Source of the DNA: an uncultured delta proteobacterium
GTDB taxonomy: Bacteria > Desulfobacterota > BSN033 > UBA1163
Reading direction: 5' to 3'
Assembly (NCBI GenBank): GCA_963708295.1
Contig: CAVPSJ010000004.1
Location: forward strand, 672,001 to 736,000
Length of the DNA stretch: 64,000 nucleotides
Shown: one piece after another, positions 59,860-64,000 of the stretch
Layout of the letters: each line of letters starts with the position of its first letter
Position numbering within the stretch: position 1 is the stretch's first letter
Notes under the pieces: model-generated
What the model was told of the DNA's origin: nothing
The model's input: only the letters and a program-made list of their open reading frames with translations
Database searches by the model: none
Translations under genes and position numbers: made by a program

Positions 59860-61602
59860 TCACATCTTCTTATTCAAATAGTATTGATGGGCAATGGATA
59901 AAACATTATTGATCAACCAATACAAAACCAGACCCGAAGGAAAGCTGAGAAAGAGAAAGGTGAACATCACCGGCATCAGCAAGAACATCTTGGCCTGCGC
60001 CGGATCACCCGCCGTAGGGGTCATCTTTTGCTGGATGAACATGGTCGCACCCATGATGATTGGTGTGACATAGATAGGATCTTTTGCCGAAAGATCCAAA
60101 ATCCAAAGAAAGAAGGGAGCGTGCCTCATTTCAATCCCATTCTGAAGGGCGTTATAAAGGGCAATAAATACAGGAATTTGGATGAGCATGGGCAGACAGC
60201 CGCTCATGGGGTTGATCTTTCTCCTTTTGTAAAGGAGCATGATCTCTTGCTGCAACCTCGCCTTATCGTTCTTGTACTGCTCCTTGAGCCGATTCATCTC
60301 CGGCTGCACCCTCTGCATTTCCTTCATGGACTTGAAGCTGATCTGTGTCAGGGGCAAAAAGATGATCTTGATAAGAATGCTGATAACGATGATATCAATC
60401 CCATAATTTCCCGTAACCTTATGGGTAAACCTGATGAACCAAAGGAGAGGTTTGGCAACGATCGTAAAGTACCCAAAATCTACCAACTTTTCCGCGCCAA
60501 CGCCCAATGCTTTCAGCCGGTCCTCATCCTTGGGGCCCAAGTAGACCTGGTAAGCAATGTTCGCTTTCTCTCTGGGTGAAACGGAAAAACGGGGAACAAG
60601 GACCTCTGCCTTCAGCGGGTCCTTTTCAGACCCTTTTACTGACAGGGTGATCTCTTTTGACTGCGAAGGGGCTAAGAGGGCGGCAAAATACTCCCCTTCA
60701 AAAGAAAACCATTTGATATCACCTTTCTCCGTAACTTCGAAAGGCTCGACGCTTGTCTTCTGGGTTCCGCAACTCGGGACGCAGCCCGAGGAGGATGCTC
60801 CCCCGAAGACCTTGTTCTCCACCTTCTGATTCCTCAGGAAGGCATATTTCAAACCAAAGTCCTTGTTATCCTCTTTCGCCAGTTTTGCTAATTCAATTTC
60901 TCCAATCCATTCAAGCCCCAACTGACCGGTGATTTCCTTCGAGGAGTTATTTTGAACCTCCACCTCCACATTGATGGTGTATTGATCAGACGTAAACTTC
61001 AAACGCTTCAATATTCTCAACCCGTTCTCAAGCTGTTTCGAAAAAACGATTTCACCTTTTTCGCTATCCTGCACCAAACGGAGTTGGTCTTTATCAACCT
61101 CCCAATTCTCTTCGACAGGTAAGCTGGCGCCGTTAAGGGTTAGCCCTAACGGAAGGTTCTTATTCTCCCTGGTATTGACGAGGTCGAGAGGTTCCGGCTT
61201 CTTGGCTTGTTCAACTTTCTTACCAAGAACCTCGTCAACAAGTTGGGTCAACTTTATTGCCAGGGCAGATTGATTCACTCTGTCTTGGTATTTCTTAAGC
61301 CTGAAATGCTTTAATCTCGCATCCCCGGACGTGAAGACTGCCCAATAATTCTGGGTCTCAACGGAAACTTCCTTAGGGGGAACCACCTTTGGCTTTATGG
61401 AAGTCTTTCCTTCCTTTAAAGGCTTTGGTTCTATTATTTCTGCTTTCTTTTCAGATACCTTTTCCTGAGAGGATCCCTGTTCTTTCTGTACTTCCTGCGG
61501 TTGCGTCTTGGTCGGTTGGGGAAAGAACGTTGATTGGATAAGGCTCCAAGCGATAATTACTAAAAATGTCAATAATATTGCATAAATAGCTCTTTTTTCC
61601 AT
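59860..61602 (-). CDS. yidC: membrane protein insertase YidC
   Basis: VDFG, GNYG, GCLPMLIQIP, PSGLVLYW. Confidence 0.96.
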   Translation of the reverse strand: MEKRAIYAILLTFLVIIAWSLIQSTFFPQPTKTQPQEVQKEQGSSQEKVSEKKAEIIEPKPLKEGKTSIKPKVVPPKEVSVETQNYWAVFTSGDARLKHFRLKKYQDRVNQSALAIKLTQLVDEVLGKKVEQAKKPEPLDLVNTRENKNLPLGLTLNGASLPVEENWEVDKDQLRLVQDSEKGEIVFSKQLENGLRILKRLKFTSDQYTINVEVEVQNNSSKEITGQLGLEWIGEIELAKLAKEDNKDFGLKYAFLRNQKVENKVFGGASSSGCVPSCGTQKTSVEPFEVTEKGDIKWFSFEGEYFAALLAPSQSKEITLSVKGSEKDPLKAEVLVPRFSVSPREKANIAYQVYLGPKDEDRLKALGVGAEKLVDFGYFTIVAKPLLWFIRFTHKVTGNYGIDIIVISILIKIIFLPLTQISFKSMKEMQRVQPEMNRLKEQYKNDKARLQQEIMLLYKRRKINPMSGCLPMLIQIPVFIALYNALQNGIEMRHAPFFLWILDLSAKDPIYVTPIIMGATMFIQQKMTPTAGDPAQAKMFLLMPVMFTFLFLSFPSGLVLYWLINNVLSIAHQYYLNKKM

Positions 61603-61623
61603 GTAATCCTTATCCTAAAACTC

Positions 61624-61878
61624 CTAGTATTTTTCGATTATTTCGGGGACCGGATCGTGTCCGCCTGGATGGAAGGGGTGGCACTTGATAAGTCTTCTGA
61701 ATGCAAGCCGGGTTCCCTCTGCGATTCCGAAGCGCTGGATTGCCGCCACGGCATAAGAAGAACAGGAAGGAGTGAAACGACAGCAAGGACCAAGGAGGAG
61801 CGAAGCCGAATGCTGATAGAGATGGATCAGAATTATAATCGTTTCTTTGATCCACCCGTGGATTGTTCTCCTTTTCAT
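61624..61878 (-). CDS. yidD: membrane protein insertion efficiency factor
   Basis: CRFTPSCSSY, KCHPFHPGGHDPVP; ATGA overlap with rnpA. Confidence 0.92.
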   Translation of the reverse strand: MKRRTIHGWIKETIIILIHLYQHSASLLLGPCCRFTPSCSSYAVAAIQRFGIAEGTRLAFRRLIKCHPFHPGGHDPVPEIIEKY

Positions 61879-62225
61879 AAAATAAAGAGTCCTCTTAATT
61901 CTTTTTCTGCCTCCTGATATCGATCGAATGAACATCCCCTTTTAATCATCAGAATAACATCATAAGAGCCTTTCATTTCATGCTTATGTAGCCGAAAAAA
62001 CTCCCGGATGTAACGTTTCATTCGATTCCGAAATGCTGCCGGCCCGATCTCCTTTTTTACCACAATCCCTAAACGGTGAAACGTCTTCTCACTCTCTTGG
62101 ATAAAAAGCTTAAAGTTACGAGAGGACCGTCTCCTCCCCGATCTCATTACCTTCCTGAAGTCCTGGGGTTCCGTAATCCGCTCTTTTTTCCTAAGCCTAA
62201 AGGACCCTTTCACAGCGATCCTCAT
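61875..62225 (-). CDS. rnpA: RNase P protein component
   Basis: RLGIVVKKEIG.A.FRNRMKR.IREFFR. Confidence 0.92.
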   Translation of the reverse strand: MRIAVKGSFRLRKKERITEPQDFRKVMRSGRRRSSRNFKLFIQESEKTFHRLGIVVKKEIGPAAFRNRMKRYIREFFRLHKHEMKGSYDVILMIKRGCSFDRYQEAEKELRGLFIL

Positions 62226-62276
62226 CGTTACCTGACTACTGAAGGCATTTCCTTCCGGCACCCTCGAACCCAGTCT

Positions 62277-62411
62277 CTAAACGGTCAGCCTCTTCCTCCC
62301 CTTCATTCGCCTCCGTTTTAGAACATTTCGGCCGCTCTTGGTGCTCATCCTCTCCAGGAACCCATGCGTCCTTTTCCGTCTGACATTGCTGGGTTGATAT
62401 GTTCTCTTCAT
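62277..62411 (-). CDS. rpmH: 50S ribosomal protein L34 (below the ORF-track cutoff)
   Basis: [44 protein letters not shown]. Confidence 0.97.
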   Translation of the reverse strand: MKRTYQPSNVRRKRTHGFLERMSTKSGRNVLKRRRMKGRKRLTV

Positions 62412-62577
62412 CGAATCCCTCTCTATTTAGGGTGGCTTGTTTTTTGAAATGATTAAACTTTTAATTTAAACCATATTTATGACCTATTGTCAAGATGAAC
62501 GCTTAATTTTGTTGACAGAAGAGGGCCTTTTATATTAAGTTTTTCAATAAAATTGAAGCATTGTTTTGGGAGCCTCC

Positions 62578-64000
62578 ATGAGCGTTCTTCAAGAGAACAT
62601 TCCTGTCAACATCGAAGATGAGATGAAAAAGTCCTACATGGACTATGCCATGAGCGTCATCATCGGCCGCGCTCTTCCCGATGTCAGGGATGGTCTTAAA
62701 CCCGTTCATCGCCGTGTTCTTTACGCCATGAATGAGCTCAGCAACGATTGGGACAAACCCTATAAGAAATCCGCCAGAATCGTCGGGGATGTCATGGGTA
62801 AATATCATCCCCATGGGGATATGGCAATCTATGATGCTATTGTCAGAATGGCGCAGGATTTCTCTCTCCGTTATCCGCTGATCGATGGTCAAGGGAATTT
62901 TGGCTCCATTGATGGAGATCCACCTGCGGCCATGAGATATACCGAGATCAGAATGGCCAAGATTGCCGCCGAGCTGCTGGCGGATATCGATAAGGAAACC
63001 GTTGATTTTGTCCCGAATTACGACGACACTTCCGTCGAACCTTCGGTGCTTCCATCCAAATTCCCGAACCTCATCGTCAATGGTTCTTCTGGAATTGCTG
63101 TGGGGATGGCAACCAACATCCCCCCCCACAATCTGGCGGAAACCATTAATGCTCTGATTGCCCTGATCGAAACCCCCGAGATCTCACTCGCGGAATTGAT
63201 GGATCACCTTCCCGGACCTGACTTCCCCACAGGGGCTTTCATCTACGGCAGAGAGGGAATTCGCCAGGCTTATGAAACCGGGAAGGGCGTGATCCAACTT
63301 CGAGCCAGAGCGCTCATCGAGAGAGATCGGAAAGGAGAACGTGAAAACATTGTTATCACCGAACTTCCCTATCAAACCAATAAGGCCAAGCTCATCGAAA
63401 AAATCGCTGAATTGGTTCGAGAGAAGGTGATCGAGGGGATTGCCACTATTCGGGACGAATCGGATAGGGAAGGGATGAGGGTGGTCGTCGAGCTGAAACG
63501 CAACGAGGTGGCCGAGGTTATCCTCAATCAACTTTATAAACATACTCAGATGCAGACCTCTTTCGGCATCATCCTCCTTGCCATCCATCAGAATCAGCCA
63601 AAACTTCTCCCCCTCAAAGAGATGCTCCGTCTCTTTATTCAACATCGTCAAGAAGTCGTCATCAGACGGTCCCGTTTTGATTTAAATAAAGCAGAGGCGA
63701 GGGCTCATATCCTGGAAGGCTTAAAGAAGGCCATTGAACACATCGACGCCATCATCGCCACAATTAAAGCCTCCAAAACTCCCAAGGAGGCGAAGGACCG
63801 CTTGATAGAAAAGTTCGCCTTTTCGGATGTGCAGGCCCAGGCGATCTTAGAGATGAGGCTCCAACGACTCACCAACCTCGAACAACGCAAAATTGTGGAC
63901 GAGTATGAAGAGACCATCAAGTTGATTAATCGGCTGAAGGCCCTCCTTGCCAGCGAACGATTGATTCTCAATGTAATCAGGGAGGAACTTATCTCTATTC
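62578..64000 (+). CDS. gyrA: DNA gyrase subunit A (runs off the window)
   Basis: [55 protein letters not shown]. Confidence 0.96.
   Translation, partial: MSVLQENIPVNIEDEMKKSYMDYAMSVIIGRALPDVRDGLKPVHRRVLYAMNELSNDWDKPYKKSARIVGDVMGKYHPHGDMAIYDAIVRMAQDFSLRYPLIDGQGNFGSIDGDPPAAMRYTEIRMAKIAAELLADIDKETVDFVPNYDDTSVEPSVLPSKFPNLIVNGSSGIAVGMATNIPPHNLAETINALIALIETPEISLAELMDHLPGPDFPTGAFIYGREGIRQAYETGKGVIQLRARALIERDRKGERENIVITELPYQTNKAKLIEKIAELVREKVIEGIATIRDESDREGMRVVVELKRNEVAEVILNQLYKHTQMQTSFGIILLAIHQNQPKLLPLKEMLRLFIQHRQEVVIRRSRFDLNKAEARAHILEGLKKAIEHIDAIIATIKASKTPKEAKDRLIEKFAFSDVQAQAILEMRLQRLTNLEQRKIVDEYEETIKLINRLKALLASERLILNVIREELISI

Noticed and set aside
1-64000. CRISPR array, tRNA or rRNA genes
   Set aside because: No regularly spaced repeats or recognisable structural RNA genes seen by eye

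Overview
Chromosomal segment of an anaerobic deltaproteobacterium (probably Desulfobacterota; inferred from gene style). The right end is an origin-type housekeeping block (mnmE-jag-yidC-yidD-rnpA-rpmH, a perfect parS, gyrA) in which the usual dnaA-dnaN-recF-gyrB genes are absent. The rest is accessory. It holds redox/iron genes (four ferritin-like proteins, rubredoxins, an Fe-S flavoprotein, DJ-1/PfpI, cydAB, a cytochrome b5 fusion), a P1B ATPase, periplasmic proteases, a sigma54-type FecR-OmpA-CHASE2/HD-GYP module, an RND pump, a BirA-controlled biotin ECF transporter, decayed toxin-antitoxin loci and RNase HIII. There is one truncated IS and at least three MITE families. Many genes between about 9 and 36 kb carry single-base frameshifts, which may be assembly errors. 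The best candidate novelty is an uncalled 53-codon membrane ORF (41208-41369, minus strand) upstream of cydAB. It has an in-frame UGA where DUF6132-like proteins have a conserved Cys, so it is probably a small selenoprotein with a UxxxC motif. All family assignments are from motif recognition by eye; no database searches were run.
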